Shown: one piece after another, positions 63,690 through 64,000 of the stretch | Numbering within the stretch: position 1 is the stretch's first letter | Layout of the letters: each line of letters opens with the position of its first letter | NCBI GenBank assembly: GCA_002633005.1 | Contig: NMRA01000036.1 | Location: 726,440-790,439 of the forward strand | Origin: Phoronis australis | Taxonomy: Eukaryota; Animalia; Phoronida | Reading direction: 5' to 3' | Length of the DNA stretch: 64,000 nt | Made by a program: the position numbers and the translations under genes | Notes under the pieces: generated by a model | Told to the model about the DNA's origin: nothing | What the model saw: only the letters and a program-made list of their open reading frames with translations | Databases searched by the model: none

Positions 63690-64000
63690 ACAAAGACAAA
63701 AAAACCACTGCCACTACACGACTCTGCAGTAGTTGGATTTGATCAAAAATCCACATGGGTTGTACTATTCTAAATGAAACATAAACATTTCATTAAGATC
63801 CAAAGGCAAAAAAGCAAAATTGCCACTAGAGGGCGCCACAGAATTCACACCTGTACGAAGATCAGTCAGCCATGAACTTCCCACATTTACATAGTGATCT
63901 TTTGAGGGATTTGGCCAATAGAGGCCAGTGCCAAAAACTAAAAAATGATACAAGTGGCCACTAGGTGGGGTACAAAAAGTCAAATCTGGCCTACAATGGG
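63690..64000 (-). mobile_element. Fragment of the same HINE-like family, running off the window edge
   Basis: aaaattgccactagagggcgccaca and aagtggccactaggtgg units. Confidence 0.55.

Overview
Intron-rich, AT-rich animal (invertebrate, probably lophotrochozoan) nuclear DNA. Most ORFs in the track are spurious or are exon fragments. Spliced genes reconstructed by hand: (1) the 3' part of ZMYND8/PRKCBP1 on + (13 exons, 631-25738, PWWP to MYND); (2) a complete MED30 CDS on - (4 coding exons, 178 codons, 39644-34908); (3) a divergent 7-exon membrane-protein gene on + (44619-53206), resembling TMEM82, with intact splice phases but six in-frame stops and a frameshift (probable pseudogene); (4) the last two exons of RACK1 on - (61935-60276). 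Introns and intergenic DNA are dense in mobile elements: a Gypsy remnant with a tRNA-Leu PBS, a CR1-group LINE 3' end, hAT and Tc1/mariner non-autonomous elements with TSDs (one nested in the other), a TG..CA element with a 5-bp TSD, and a CAC-terminal foldback with a 5-bp TSD (Transib/RAG-like signature). There are also five Helentron-type copies with CTCF-like motifs about every 145 bp, four tRNA-Lys-like elements around the bidirectional promoter, and many minisatellites, several seeded at splice junctions. Family assignments come from remembered sequences, not database searches.
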